Program-made: the position numbers and the translations under genes
Shown: piece after piece, positions 9,909-19,920 of the stretch
Layout: every line of letters starts with the position of its first letter
How positions within the stretch are numbered: the stretch's first letter is position 1
The notes under the pieces: generated by a model
Told to the model about the DNA's origin: nothing
Seen by the model: the letters and a program-made list of their open reading frames with translations, nothing else
Databases searched by the model: none
Origin: Gemmatimonadota bacterium
GTDB taxonomy: Bacteria > Gemmatimonadota > Gemmatimonadetes > Gemmatimonadales > GWC2-71-9
DNA: 64,000 bases
Reading direction: 5' to 3'
NCBI GenBank assembly: GCA_039586365.1
Contig: JBDHKN010000035.1
Coordinates: 8,124-72,123, forward strand

Positions 9909-11621
9909 CTACCCCCGGGAGGGAGCCCGGGGACCACCGGGCCCCCCGCCCCGCCCCGTTCCTTCTCCCCGCCTCCTAATCATCTCCGCGGCATGCTTGA
10001 GTGCAACCGGATCCTCCGCATCACCGAGCATCCGGGCGAGTTCGACCACTCTCTCGTCGCCTGTGAGTACCCGGACCTGTGAACTCGGCATCCCGTCACG
10101 AACCGGCTTGTCTACCCTCAAGTGATGCCCGGCCCGGGCGGCGATCTGCGGCAGGTGTGTGATTATCAGCACTTGGCGTGACAGTGCTACCTGAGCCAGA
10201 GCAGCGGAAACCTGCCCAGCGACTTCGCCACCAATCCCCTGATCGACTTCGTCGAACACCAGCGTTGGTATCGCGTCGTGCTGTGCCAGCACCACTTTCA
10301 ACGCCAGCATCAAACGCGACAACTCGCCTCCGCTCGCGACTTGTGCCAGCGGCCGTGGTTCCATCCCGGGATTCAGATTCACCAGAAACTCGATCACGTC
10401 CTTGCCTGCCGAGGTTGCTCGCTCTGCTGGCTGTAGCGCCACGGTGAGTTTGCCGTGCTCCATGCCCAGACCGGGTAGCAGGGCATCCACGGCCGACTCG
10501 AGGCGGGCAGCAGCATTCTTCCGCCCCACGGTCAGCTCGTTGGCCACGGCCTCCAGCTCACGTTCCGCCACCTCGCGCTCCTCACTGATACCTGCCAGGT
10601 CCAGATCAGCCGTATCCAACAGCTCGAGCTCCCCAAGTGCCTGCTCACCGGTTCGAATGACGTCTTCAACAGCCGGTCCGTACTTCTGCTTGAGCCTGTA
10701 CAACACGTCTCTGCGAGCCTCGACCTGTGCCAGCCGTTGGGGATCGGTTTCAATGTTCGTTACATACCGTCTCGCTACTTGGACCAGTTCCGCGACGTTT
10801 GCCTCCGCCGAATCGATCCACTCGCGCCAACCCGAGACACTTCCGTCTATCCGCTCCAGCTGCGCCACTAGCCTAGTCGCTTGCCCCAGGGCTGTGAGGA
10901 CGGCGCCACCGTCTCCGTCGAGGAGCTGCAGCAAAGCCTCTGCGTATTTGGTGAGGTCCTCCACATTGGACAGTCGCTTGCTCTCTATCTCGAGCTCTTC
11001 GTATTCACCTATGCGTGGATCGGCCTCGGTTATCTCTTTGGCGACGTGACGCAGATAGTCCGCCCTTCTCTTCACGTCTTCCTTTCGCGCAACCAGATCG
11101 GCTTCCCGGCTCCGTAGAGCCGAGGCCCGCGCGAACGCGTCTGCCGCGGCCTGCCTGGTCGCACCGAGGTTGCCGAATGCGTCGAGGATATCGCGCTGAG
11201 CCGCAATCTTGAGGAGTGACTGCGCTTCGTGTTGTCCGTGGAGATCAACCAAACGTCGCCCGAGAGACGCGAGCGCAGTTACCGTGGTGGGACTTCCATT
11301 GGCCCAGGCGCGGTTCCGGCCTGCGGCGTTGATATCGCGGCGAAAGATCAGTTGATCACCGATCAGTTCGACACCGGCCTCGTCCGCCGCTCCCAGCAGG
11401 TCGCCCTCGCCTATGTCGAATGCAGCCTCGACCACAGCACGGTCCGAACCGGGCCTGATGAGGTCACTCGTCGCCCGTTCGCCCAGCAGCAGGGCGAGGG
11501 CATCCACCAGCATCGACTTGCCGGCTCCGGTCTCGCCGGTCAATACATTCAGGCCGGGACCGAGAGAGAGTGTTACGTCTTGTATGACCGCGAGATCGCG
11601 AACGCGGAGTTCGGTGAGCAT
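9909..11621 (-). CDS. recN: DNA repair protein RecN
   Basis: TGETGAGKS Walker A, LHGQHE, ASGGELSR, FDEVDQG, ITHLPQ. Confidence 0.97.
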   Translation of the reverse strand: MLTELRVRDLAVIQDVTLSLGPGLNVLTGETGAGKSMLVDALALLLGERATSDLIRPGSDRAVVEAAFDIGEGDLLGAADEAGVELIGDQLIFRRDINAAGRNRAWANGSPTTVTALASLGRRLVDLHGQHEAQSLLKIAAQRDILDAFGNLGATRQAAADAFARASALRSREADLVARKEDVKRRADYLRHVAKEITEADPRIGEYEELEIESKRLSNVEDLTKYAEALLQLLDGDGGAVLTALGQATRLVAQLERIDGSVSGWREWIDSAEANVAELVQVARRYVTNIETDPQRLAQVEARRDVLYRLKQKYGPAVEDVIRTGEQALGELELLDTADLDLAGISEEREVAERELEAVANELTVGRKNAAARLESAVDALLPGLGMEHGKLTVALQPAERATSAGKDVIEFLVNLNPGMEPRPLAQVASGGELSRLMLALKVVLAQHDAIPTLVFDEVDQGIGGEVAGQVSAALAQVALSRQVLIITHLPQIAARAGHHLRVDKPVRDGMPSSQVRVLTGDERVVELARMLGDAEDPVALKHAAEMIRRRGEGTGRGGGPGGPRAPSRG

Positions 11622-12494
11622 CTAGGCATTCTCTCGGTCGCTCAAGTCACCCCACTGTAGTTTTTCACGTACTCGGGTGAAGTACCCTTTCCGTCCAATC
11701 CGTACCAATTTCACCGCATCCTTGAGTCGCTTCACCACGACGCGATCGCGTGGCTTCAGCGTCGACTCGAGCTGACCATCGTATGACAAGACAACTTCGT
11801 CTCTAAGCGGCGGCGCTTGTTGCAGGTATATCACTGCGTCACCGGAGACGACGAGTGGGCGGACGGCCAGCGCATGTGGGCAGATCGCGGTGATGATGAG
11901 TGCATCGACCTCGGGCATGACCATGGGGCCGCCGGCACTCAGGGAGTACGCCGTAGACCCTGTCGGTGTGGATACTATGATGCCATCGGAACTGTACTGC
12001 CCTACCTCCTCCTCATCGATCCAAACGGTCAAGCGGACTACCCGGGCCACACCCTCTTTGTGAAGCACTATGTCGTTCAACACCACAGAACGGGCTCGCT
12101 CCTCACCTGCCTCATCGACGATACACGCTTCCAGGGCGCCACGCTTCTCGATCCAGTGTTCGCCGCGAACAAAGGCATCCAAGGCGCTCTCCAAATGGTC
12201 CGGCTTCGTGCTGGTGAGGAACCCGACCCGACCGATATTCACACCCAAGATGGGAACGTCCCGGCTGGCAACCAGCCGAGCGCCTCTGAGCAGAGTGCCG
12301 TCACCTCCAAATGTTATCAGCAGATCGATATCGGGTAGTGCGGTGTCAAACTCTGGTACAGGATTCGGCCACATGTGTGCCAGCGTTGGCTCAGTGACTA
12401 CCGTGACACCAAGTGCGGATACTCGTGTATGCAGCTGTGCTAGGAGTTGCGGTAGGTTCTCGTAGCGTTCATTGCCGACTACCGCGACTTTCAT
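11622..12494 (-). CDS. nadK: NAD+ kinase
   Basis: GGDGTLL, GRVGFL, STPTGSTAYSLSAGGP. Confidence 0.96.
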   Translation of the reverse strand: MKVAVVGNERYENLPQLLAQLHTRVSALGVTVVTEPTLAHMWPNPVPEFDTALPDIDLLITFGGDGTLLRGARLVASRDVPILGVNIGRVGFLTSTKPDHLESALDAFVRGEHWIEKRGALEACIVDEAGEERARSVVLNDIVLHKEGVARVVRLTVWIDEEEVGQYSSDGIIVSTPTGSTAYSLSAGGPMVMPEVDALIITAICPHALAVRPLVVSGDAVIYLQQAPPLRDEVVLSYDGQLESTLKPRDRVVVKRLKDAVKLVRIGRKGYFTRVREKLQWGDLSDRENA

Positions 12495-14395
12495 TTGCTC
12501 GGGACGCTTTCTTGAGCTGCCCAGGCCCTCACGCTAGCGGCAATCGCGTCCGCACTCAAACCGGCGTCGCTGAGTTGTTGTGAGCGCGAGGCGTGTTCGT
12601 AGGTCCGATCCGGTGCACCCATGACGACGACCCTCACGTCGTGAGCACGCGCCTCCACCGCCGCAGCCACAAAGGCACCAAATCCGTTTGCCCCGGTACC
12701 ATCCTCAACGGTCACGAGCACCCGGTGCTTGGCAACCAGTTCCTCCATCAGCGCGTGGTCTAGTGGCTTGATGAACCTGCAGTTCACAACCGTCGGATCC
12801 AGTCCCTCAGAGGATAGTAGCTCGGCCGCCCGCAGTGCCGGCTGACACATCACTCCAACAGCGAGAATCGCACATTCATTGCCATCACGTAGCACCTCCC
12901 ACGTGCCGTACGGGACCGGTTTCACTTCGGCCACCGCGGGAGCTGGGACGGATACGCTGTCCCGTGGGTAGCGAATAGAGAATGGACCATGCTCGTGCTC
13001 CAGAGCACAACGCAACAGCCCAATGAGCTCGGCAGCGTCTTTCGGTTGCGTGACAGTCATGTTGGGTACCGAAAGCATATAGGCGATGTCGTACAGACCC
13101 ATATGTGTCTGTCCGTCGGCACCGACCATTCCGGCCCGGTCCAGGCAGAATATCACGGGCAGCTTCTGGATGGCCACGTCGTGGATGACGCAATCATACG
13201 CTCGCTGGAGGAACGTTGAGTAGATCGCCACCACGGGACGCACTCCCTGCGTCGCGAGGCCCGCGGCAAATGTGGTCGCGTGAGCTTCGGCTATGCCGAC
13301 ATCGAAGAAGCGATCCGGCCACTTCTGCTGAAACAGGTCGGTGCCGGTCCCTGACGGCATCGCAGCCGTTATTGTCACCAACTCGGGGTACTCGCCAGCC
13401 AACTCCGCTAGCGCCTGACCGAATATTCGCGTCCACGACAACGACCCATCCGCCTTGCTGGGGCGCAGGATCCCGGTTACCGGATCATACGGGCTACGCG
13501 CGTGGAACCTCTCGTGGTCCGACTGCTCCCCAGGGAACCCCTTTCCTTTCTCGGTGAGAACGTGCACGATGCGGGGCCCGTGCAGGCTCTTGACCATTTC
13601 GAACGTCTTGAGCATCGCCTCGATGTCGTGTCCGTCGAGCGGCCCGAAATACCTCAACCCGAACTCTTCGAACAGCATGCCGGGGGACCAGAGATTCTTG
13701 ATACTCTCCTCGATGTTGCGGGCCAGGTCCACCATGCGGGCACCACCCACGACCTTTGACGTCCGCTCTATTACATGTTTGATGCGCTCACGCAATCGGT
13801 TGGTCACGGGGCTAGCAATGATGGAACCGAGATATCTACTCATCGCTCCGACGTTGGGGGCTATAGACATCCCATTGTCGTTGAGTACCATGATGATGTC
13901 CCGTTCCGAATGGCCCGCGTTGTTCAGACCCTCGTACGGGAGACCGCACGTCATCGATCCATCACCCACGACAGCTACGACGTGGTAATCCTCTCCCCTC
14001 AAGTCCCTTGCCGTCGCAATGCCGTAGGCCGCCGACATGGCCGTACCGGCATGTCCGGCCCCGAAGATGTCGTGGTCACTTTCATCTCGGCGCAGGAAAC
14101 CGGACAAGCCGCCTTGCTGTCTCAACGTGTTCAGGCGGGCGTTGCGGCCGGTGAGCACCTTCCAGGGGTAGCCCTGATGCCCGACATCCCAGACGATCTT
14201 GTCGCGCGGTGACTCAAAGCTGTACAGCAAAGCCACGGTTAGCTCGACCACTCCGAGACCCGCGCCTATGTGACCCCCGGTTTCGGAAACAACCTCGATG
14301 AGCCGCCTGCGCACTTCGTCAGCTAGCTCTTGCAGCTGCTCCTTCGTGAGCCGCTTGACGTCTTCAGGTCCCTCTATCGATTCCAGCAATCCCAT
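12491..14395 (-). CDS. dxs: 1-deoxy-D-xylulose-5-phosphate synthase
   Basis: GGHIGAGLGVVELT, WDVGHQ, GDG...NDN ThDP motif, IAEAHA, YSTFLQR. Confidence 0.97.
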   Translation of the reverse strand: MGLLESIEGPEDVKRLTKEQLQELADEVRRRLIEVVSETGGHIGAGLGVVELTVALLYSFESPRDKIVWDVGHQGYPWKVLTGRNARLNTLRQQGGLSGFLRRDESDHDIFGAGHAGTAMSAAYGIATARDLRGEDYHVVAVVGDGSMTCGLPYEGLNNAGHSERDIIMVLNDNGMSIAPNVGAMSRYLGSIIASPVTNRLRERIKHVIERTSKVVGGARMVDLARNIEESIKNLWSPGMLFEEFGLRYFGPLDGHDIEAMLKTFEMVKSLHGPRIVHVLTEKGKGFPGEQSDHERFHARSPYDPVTGILRPSKADGSLSWTRIFGQALAELAGEYPELVTITAAMPSGTGTDLFQQKWPDRFFDVGIAEAHATTFAAGLATQGVRPVVAIYSTFLQRAYDCVIHDVAIQKLPVIFCLDRAGMVGADGQTHMGLYDIAYMLSVPNMTVTQPKDAAELIGLLRCALEHEHGPFSIRYPRDSVSVPAPAVAEVKPVPYGTWEVLRDGNECAILAVGVMCQPALRAAELLSSEGLDPTVVNCRFIKPLDHALMEELVAKHRVLVTVEDGTGANGFGAFVAAAVEARAHDVRVVVMGAPDRTYEHASRSQQLSDAGLSADAIAASVRAWAAQESVPSK

Positions 14396-14433
14396 TATTC
14401 AGCCACCATAGAATTCCTACCGGAACTAAGCTG

Positions 14434-15339
14434 CTAGTTGCTCCGCTCCGTAATGAAGTGAGCCAGCGCACCGAGCAATCCAGAATCTAGTCCTACAGAC
14501 GCCAGGTGGTCTACGGCTCGTTGAACATGCCCTGCGGCTTCCTGGGTGGCCTGTTGCACACCCACCAGGGTCGCGAATGTGGCCTTGCGCTGCTGCGCGT
14601 CCTTGCCTGCCGTCTTGCCCAGATCCAAGGATGTCCCCGTGGCATCCAGGACATCATCCACTATCTGGAATGCCAAACCCGCCTCATTCCCATACATCCG
14701 TACAGCCTCGACCTGTTCCTGCGCGGCCTCCGCCGCCAACGCTCCCATCACGCCACTCGCTGTGATCAAGGCTCCTGTCTTTGCCTCGTGAATCCGTACC
14801 AATTCGTCGCGCGATATTTCACGCCCCTCTGCCTCCAAATCCAGCACCTGACCGCAGATCATTCCAGCAGCCCCGGCCGCGCGAAACAACTCGAGTGCAA
14901 CGGCACAGGTCGTTCGGTGTGACAGTCTCAGTTCGCTCGCTCCCACGACGAGTATCCGCCCAGCGAGAGGCACCATGCGAAACGCGGCCTCGGTCGCGGT
15001 GGCGACATCAAACTGGCGATGGGTGGTAGGGCGACCCCGTCGCAAGTCGTCGTCGTCCATGCAGGGTAGATCGTCGTGCACCAGCGAGTAGGTGTGCACC
15101 ACCTCCACGGCCGCGGCCAGCTCGGCGGGATCCCCACTGCCACCCAACTCGCGGTAGGCCGCTGTGAGCAGAGCCGGCCTCAAACGCTTGCCGGAAGTGG
15201 ACAGGCTGTACGCCAAGGCCTCACCCACAGCTCCAGAGTGTTGCCCTTTCATCCGCTGACCCCAGCGTTCCAGTACTCGGTCCACAGCCTCTTTTGTAGC
15301 TGTGAGGAACGGGCGAGGATCAGAGATCGAGGTGGTCAG
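14434..15339 (-). CDS. ispA: Polyprenyl synthetase (geranyltranstransferase); start codon uncertain
   Basis: GKRLRP, SLVHDDLPCMDDDDLRRG, FQIVDD, GKTAGKD; xseB-ispA-dxs synteny. Confidence 0.92.
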   Translation of the reverse strand: MTTSISDPRPFLTATKEAVDRVLERWGQRMKGQHSGAVGEALAYSLSTSGKRLRPALLTAAYRELGGSGDPAELAAAVEVVHTYSLVHDDLPCMDDDDLRRGRPTTHRQFDVATATEAAFRMVPLAGRILVVGASELRLSHRTTCAVALELFRAAGAAGMICGQVLDLEAEGREISRDELVRIHEAKTGALITASGVMGALAAEAAQEQVEAVRMYGNEAGLAFQIVDDVLDATGTSLDLGKTAGKDAQQRKATFATLVGVQQATQEAAGHVQRAVDHLASVGLDSGLLGALAHFITERSN

Positions 15340-15574
15340 TGCTGACGGAACCGTCCGCTTCCTCCAATACGCGTCTGACAGTGAGTTCAGATTGCTGCAA
15401 CAACTCGCGGGCCCTACTGAGACTGCGTACTCCGTCTTCAAATAGCTTCAGGGCTCGATCGAGGTCCACGTCGTTCCCCTCGAGCGCACGTACGATCTCT
15501 TCCAGTCGTTCAATTTCGGCTCGAAACGAGACCTTCTTAACCTTCGCTTCAGCTGGCTTCTTCATACCGCTCAC
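15320..15574 (-). CDS. xseB: Exodeoxyribonuclease VII small subunit
   Basis: LEEIVRALE...LDRALKLFEDG; follows xseA. Confidence 0.92.
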   Translation of the reverse strand: MSGMKKPAEAKVKKVSFRAEIERLEEIVRALEGNDVDLDRALKLFEDGVRSLSRARELLQQSELTVRRVLEEADGSVSTDHLDL

Positions 15575-15577
15575 CCG

Positions 15578-16750
15578 CTACCCCACGGTTCCGTCTGTCT
15601 TAGCCCTCACATCTCCGTCCGAAACCGTGAGGCGGAATTCCTCACCGGCAACGAAGTCTCGCACGCATCTACGCACTTTACCCGTATCGGCCCGCGCTAC
15701 TGAGTACCCCCGCTGGAGAACCTTGAGAGGGCTGAGCGCATCGAGCTTGCCACTGAGTCGATCGACCAGCGCCCCACAGCGTCCGACCTGCATCTGAACA
15801 GCAGCCGTGAGCCGGTCAGCCGTGCGCGCCAAGCGTTCTTTCCCGAGATCGGTGTGGCTCGTCAGTCCCTGGGCCAGGCGGCCGGCCAGCGCATCGAGCG
15901 CAGCGGTAACTGATTCACGATCAGGCACAGCCGTCTCTGCAGCCGCGGACGGCGTCGGAGCACGAACATCGGCCACGAGATCAGTGAGTGCCAGATCGGT
16001 TTCGTGACCCACCGCCGAGATCGTCGGGACCCTGACCGCTGCAACCGCCCGCGCGACCATCTCACTGTTGAAGGTCCATAGATCCTCGCGAGACCCACCG
16101 CCCCGTCCTACGAGCACGAGATCCACGTCCGGGATGCGATTGACCAAGCGCAGCGCAGTGCAGAGCTCCTCTTCCGCCCCCTCACCCTGTACTCGCGTCG
16201 CGACTACCAGCACTTCAACCACCGGCCAACGACGTTCGATAACGTACACGATGTCCCGCAAAGCTGCCCCATCGGGGCTAGTTACCACGGCGATCCTGCG
16301 TGGATAGGTCGGCAACGACTTCTTGCGTGCCGGATCGAGCAGTCCGTCCCTCTCCAAAGCAGCTTTCGCCTTTTCCAGCCGGATCTGCCACAGACCGCCG
16401 GTTTCGGTGGGAACGAGCTGTCTTACAGTGAGCCGGAACTCGCCCCGTTCCTCCCACACAGTGGGTCGCGCATCCACGAAGACCTGCATGCCATCGTCCG
16501 GTGGACCCGGCAGGCGCTGGTTGTCGCTACGCCACATGACACAGCGGACCTGGGATTGAGCGTCGCGCAACGAGAAATACCAATGGCCGCTTTGGTATGC
16601 CTTGAACCCAGTCACCTCACCTCGTACCCACAGACGGTCCAGCCCTGACTCGATCAGACGACGCGCGCGTTTCGTTACGTCCGAAACGCTCCACGCACCC
16701 TCGTTCGAGTCGCTGGCAGAGTTGGAGAATAGGTCTAGGCCTGCGCCCAC
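15578..16750 (-). CDS. xseA: Exodeoxyribonuclease VII large subunit
   Basis: SGHWYFSLRD, RGGGSREDLW, SAVGHETD, PTPSAAA. Confidence 0.96.
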   Translation of the reverse strand: MGAGLDLFSNSASDSNEGAWSVSDVTKRARRLIESGLDRLWVRGEVTGFKAYQSGHWYFSLRDAQSQVRCVMWRSDNQRLPGPPDDGMQVFVDARPTVWEERGEFRLTVRQLVPTETGGLWQIRLEKAKAALERDGLLDPARKKSLPTYPRRIAVVTSPDGAALRDIVYVIERRWPVVEVLVVATRVQGEGAEEELCTALRLVNRIPDVDLVLVGRGGGSREDLWTFNSEMVARAVAAVRVPTISAVGHETDLALTDLVADVRAPTPSAAAETAVPDRESVTAALDALAGRLAQGLTSHTDLGKERLARTADRLTAAVQMQVGRCGALVDRLSGKLDALSPLKVLQRGYSVARADTGKVRRCVRDFVAGEEFRLTVSDGDVRAKTDGTVG

Positions 16751-17622
16751 CGCTTGGCAGCCTGCACCGTGTTATGGAGGAGCATCGTTATCGTCATCGG
16801 CCCCACACCGCCGGGAACCGGAGTGATGGCCGCAGCCACTTCCTTAGCTTTGTCGAACTCGACATCACCCACCAGCCGATAGCCTTTGTCCGCGGAGGGA
16901 TCCACCACTCGGTTCGTTCCGACGTCGATCACCACCGCTCCCGGCCTGATCCAGTCGGCTTTGACGAACTCTGGCACGCCAATCGCAGCAATCAAGATAT
17001 CTCCCTGGCGAGTGACCGTAGGAAGCTCCTTAGTGCGAGAGTGACAGACAGTGACGGTTGCATTGGCCCCTTTCGCCTTCTGCAGCAACAGTGACGCCAT
17101 CGGCCGCCCGACGACATTCGACCTGCCGACTATCACCACATGGGCTCCTTCGACCTCCACCCCAGAGCGCACTAGCATGTGCTGAACGCCAAAGGGCGTT
17201 GCCGGACAGAACCCGGTTGGATCGCCATTCGCCACTTTGCCCACGTTTACCGGATGGAACCCGTCAACGTCCTTTTCGGGAAGGATGCGGTGCAACGCCT
17301 GGCGCTCGTTGATCTGACTGGGAAGCGGCAGCTGTACCAGAAATCCGTGGATCCTCGAGTCCGCATTCAGCCGGTCGATCACGGCCAGCAAGTCGCTCCC
17401 GGTGGCATCGGCCGGTAGCTTGATGGTTTGGCTGTGAATGCCGATCTTCTCGCAGGCTTTCCCCTTCATGCGCACGTACACCTGACTGGCCGGATCATCG
17501 CCAACCAGCACCACGGCCAAGCCCGGCGTTACTCCACCTGCCCTCAGCTCCTCTATTTCCGTGGCGAGCTCCGCCCGCATTTCTTCAGCTATCGCCCTGC
17601 CGTCGATGATCTTAGCGTGCAA
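16735..17622 (-). CDS. folD: Methylenetetrahydrofolate dehydrogenase/cyclohydrolase
   Basis: YVRMK, KDVDGFHP, GRSNVVGRP, TPVPGGVGPMT. Confidence 0.97.
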   Translation of the reverse strand: MHAKIIDGRAIAEEMRAELATEIEELRAGGVTPGLAVVLVGDDPASQVYVRMKGKACEKIGIHSQTIKLPADATGSDLLAVIDRLNADSRIHGFLVQLPLPSQINERQALHRILPEKDVDGFHPVNVGKVANGDPTGFCPATPFGVQHMLVRSGVEVEGAHVVIVGRSNVVGRPMASLLLQKAKGANATVTVCHSRTKELPTVTRQGDILIAAIGVPEFVKADWIRPGAVVIDVGTNRVVDPSADKGYRLVGDVEFDKAKEVAAAITPVPGGVGPMTITMLLHNTVQAAKRWAQA

Positions 17623-19192
17623 AATCCACAGCCCTCGTTTCTCGAATCACCACCACCTTGATCTGTCCCGGATACTGGAGCTCATTCTCAATCCGCCGCG
17701 CAATTTCGTCGGAGAGAGACACGGCTCGTTCGTCACCGACTGCATCAGGAGACACGACTATCCGGATCTCTCGTCCCGCCTGTATCGCGAAGGCTTTCTC
17801 GACCCCTTTGAAGCCGGTGGCAATATCCTCGAGATTGGTCAATCGCTTGACATAGGTGTCGAATGCCTCGCGACGCGCCCCTGGCCGTGACCCGCTCACA
17901 GAATCCGCCGCCTGTACAATTACCGAGATTGGGGTTTCGTGGGCAACGTCGTCGTGATGCGCAGCTATGGCATTCACCACGACCTGGTGCTCGCCGTACC
18001 TCTCGGCCACCTCAACCCCAAGTTCTACATGGGTACCTTCGTGTTGGTGAGTGAGCACCTTGCCGATATCGTGCAGCAGCGCACCACGTTTGGCTAGATG
18101 AACGTCCAGCTTAAGTTCGGCCGCCATTATGCCGGCCAGCCAGGCGACCTCCTTGGAGTGAGCGAGAATATTCTGACCGTAAGACGTACGGTATTTCATC
18201 CGCCCTACCAGCTTGATCAGCTCGGGATGCATACCGGTTATTCCAAGCTCATACGCCGTTTGCTCACCCGCGTCAACGATGTCCTCTTCGATCTGCTTGC
18301 TGATCTTCGCCACGACTTCCTCGATACGCCCCGGATGGATGCGACCATCCGCAATGAGCTCTTCGAGAGCGAGCCTAGCAGTCTCGCGCCGTACCGGGTC
18401 GAAACACGAAATCACCACGGTATCGGGAGTGTCGTCGATTATCACGTCCACTCCTGTCGCCGTCTCGAATGCCCGGATATTGCGGCCTTCCCGGCCGATA
18501 ATGCGGCCTTTCATTTCGTCGGAGGGCAGCGCCACGGCAGACACGCTGGTGTTCGCCGCATGCTCGGAAGCAATCCGCTGCACCGCGAGAGCGACGATCT
18601 TCTTGGCCTCTCGATCCGCACCACGTCTTGCCTCTTCTTTGATGTCCCGTATCGTGGCAGCGGCATCGCTCTTAGCCGCGTCGGTCATCTCCTGAATCAA
18701 CAGCGCCTTGGCTTCCCCCTCGCTCATGCCGGACAATTCCTCGAGCCGCTTGCGATGCTCTGTGATTGCTTCCGTCACGCCCTGTTCCTTCTCGGTCAGG
18801 TGCTTCTCCCGATCGCGCACTGACTGCTCGCGCCGTTTCAGCTCCTTGTCACGATCGTCGAGCGCATTGAGCTTCCGGTCGATCAGCGTTTCTCGTTCGC
18901 CGACTCTCGCTTGCAGCCGATCCAGTTCTTCACGACGGCGCTTCTCCTCAGTATCCCACTCCTCGCGCAGCCTTATCACTTCTTCCTTGCCAGCCAGCAC
19001 CGCTTGGGCACGGGCTGCTGCTGCATCGCGCCCAGCTTCGGCTAAGATCCGTTGGGATTGCTGCTCGGCTGATTCCCCGGCTGCATCGGCTATGCGCCGT
19101 TCGACCCGCCTCCCGAATACGTAAAAGACCGCCCCGGCAATCACTGCAGCGCCGAAAGCGGCCATCACCAAAACGAGGAGGTCCGTACCCAT
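17612..19192 (-). CDS. rny: Ribonuclease Y
   Basis: N-terminal TM helix, coiled coil, KH domain (KGRIIGREGRNIR), HD domain (LLHDIGK). Confidence 0.97.
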   Translation of the reverse strand: MGTDLLVLVMAAFGAAVIAGAVFYVFGRRVERRIADAAGESAEQQSQRILAEAGRDAAAARAQAVLAGKEEVIRLREEWDTEEKRRREELDRLQARVGERETLIDRKLNALDDRDKELKRREQSVRDREKHLTEKEQGVTEAITEHRKRLEELSGMSEGEAKALLIQEMTDAAKSDAAATIRDIKEEARRGADREAKKIVALAVQRIASEHAANTSVSAVALPSDEMKGRIIGREGRNIRAFETATGVDVIIDDTPDTVVISCFDPVRRETARLALEELIADGRIHPGRIEEVVAKISKQIEEDIVDAGEQTAYELGITGMHPELIKLVGRMKYRTSYGQNILAHSKEVAWLAGIMAAELKLDVHLAKRGALLHDIGKVLTHQHEGTHVELGVEVAERYGEHQVVVNAIAAHHDDVAHETPISVIVQAADSVSGSRPGARREAFDTYVKRLTNLEDIATGFKGVEKAFAIQAGREIRIVVSPDAVGDERAVSLSDEIARRIENELQYPGQIKVVVIRETRAVDFAR

Positions 19193-19291
19193 GTATCTAT
19201 CTCCAGCGACAACGGGCTAGTGGTCCCAGCACCGCTGTCGTACCAAGCAAGCTGACGTCAGACAGCAATCCGAACCGGCTAACAGCGAAAG

Positions 19292-19627
19292 TTACGTTCC
19301 TTCACCGGACGGAGCAAATGACCCAGTCGCCCGCGAACTCCGTTTGACAGGGGGAAGAACTCGACAGAGATCCGTAGCCATGTTACTTACCCGGTCTGCT
19401 ATCTCGTGAGCTAGCCTGCGTTCCTGGAATAGCTCATCCGTGATGGCCAACGCCACAAGGATGGCCGCCTTGTGTGTCTCCACCATCGTTCCAGAAGACA
19501 AGACTTCTTTGAGCGCTCGGTCGACATGCTCGGCTACGGCTTTCGTGTATTCGACAGGACGATCCGACTTGAGCGTGTACTCGTCGGCACCGATGGTGAC
19601 CTTGACAATAGTCCTGTTGCTCGTCAT
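19292..19627 (-). CDS. zapA: Cell division protein ZapA
   Basis: VKVTIGADEYTL...KAAILVALAITDELF; pheT-x-zapA-rny synteny. Confidence 0.9.
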   Translation of the reverse strand: MTSNRTIVKVTIGADEYTLKSDRPVEYTKAVAEHVDRALKEVLSSGTMVETHKAAILVALAITDELFQERRLAHEIADRVSNMATDLCRVLPPVKRSSRATGSFAPSGEGT

Positions 19628-19920
19628 CGGCTCTGCTCCTCCAGTTCAACCTGCTCCTCCAGGAACTCCAGACGAGCCAGGAGATCGGCCATCCTCCGTC
19701 GAGCAGCGTTCAGGCGGCTCGTCACCTGCGCATTCTCGGTCTCGAGCTCCTTGATCTTTGCGTGAGAAGTCACGACATCGTGCTCGACCCCAATCGAAGC
19801 TCGTTCTGACTCCGCTTTCAATGCTCGACGCCGCCACGACGCGAGCTCGTCCTTCACGTGTTCAAGGACTCGCGACAGCTCGTCGAGCGCTGCGAACTCA
19901 GGCCTGTCTGAGTTCGACAC
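19624..19920 (-). CDS. Coiled-coil protein, ZapB-like position
   Basis: 98-aa coiled coil between pheT and zapA, overlapping both. Confidence 0.7.
   Translation of the reverse strand: MSNSDRPEFAALDELSRVLEHVKDELASWRRRALKAESERASIGVEHDVVTSHAKIKELETENAQVTSRLNAARRRMADLLARLEFLEEQVELEEQSR

Noticed and set aside
19193..19291. 6S RNA downstream of zapA
   Set aside because: The gap is only 99 nt and no long rod-like pairing is visible
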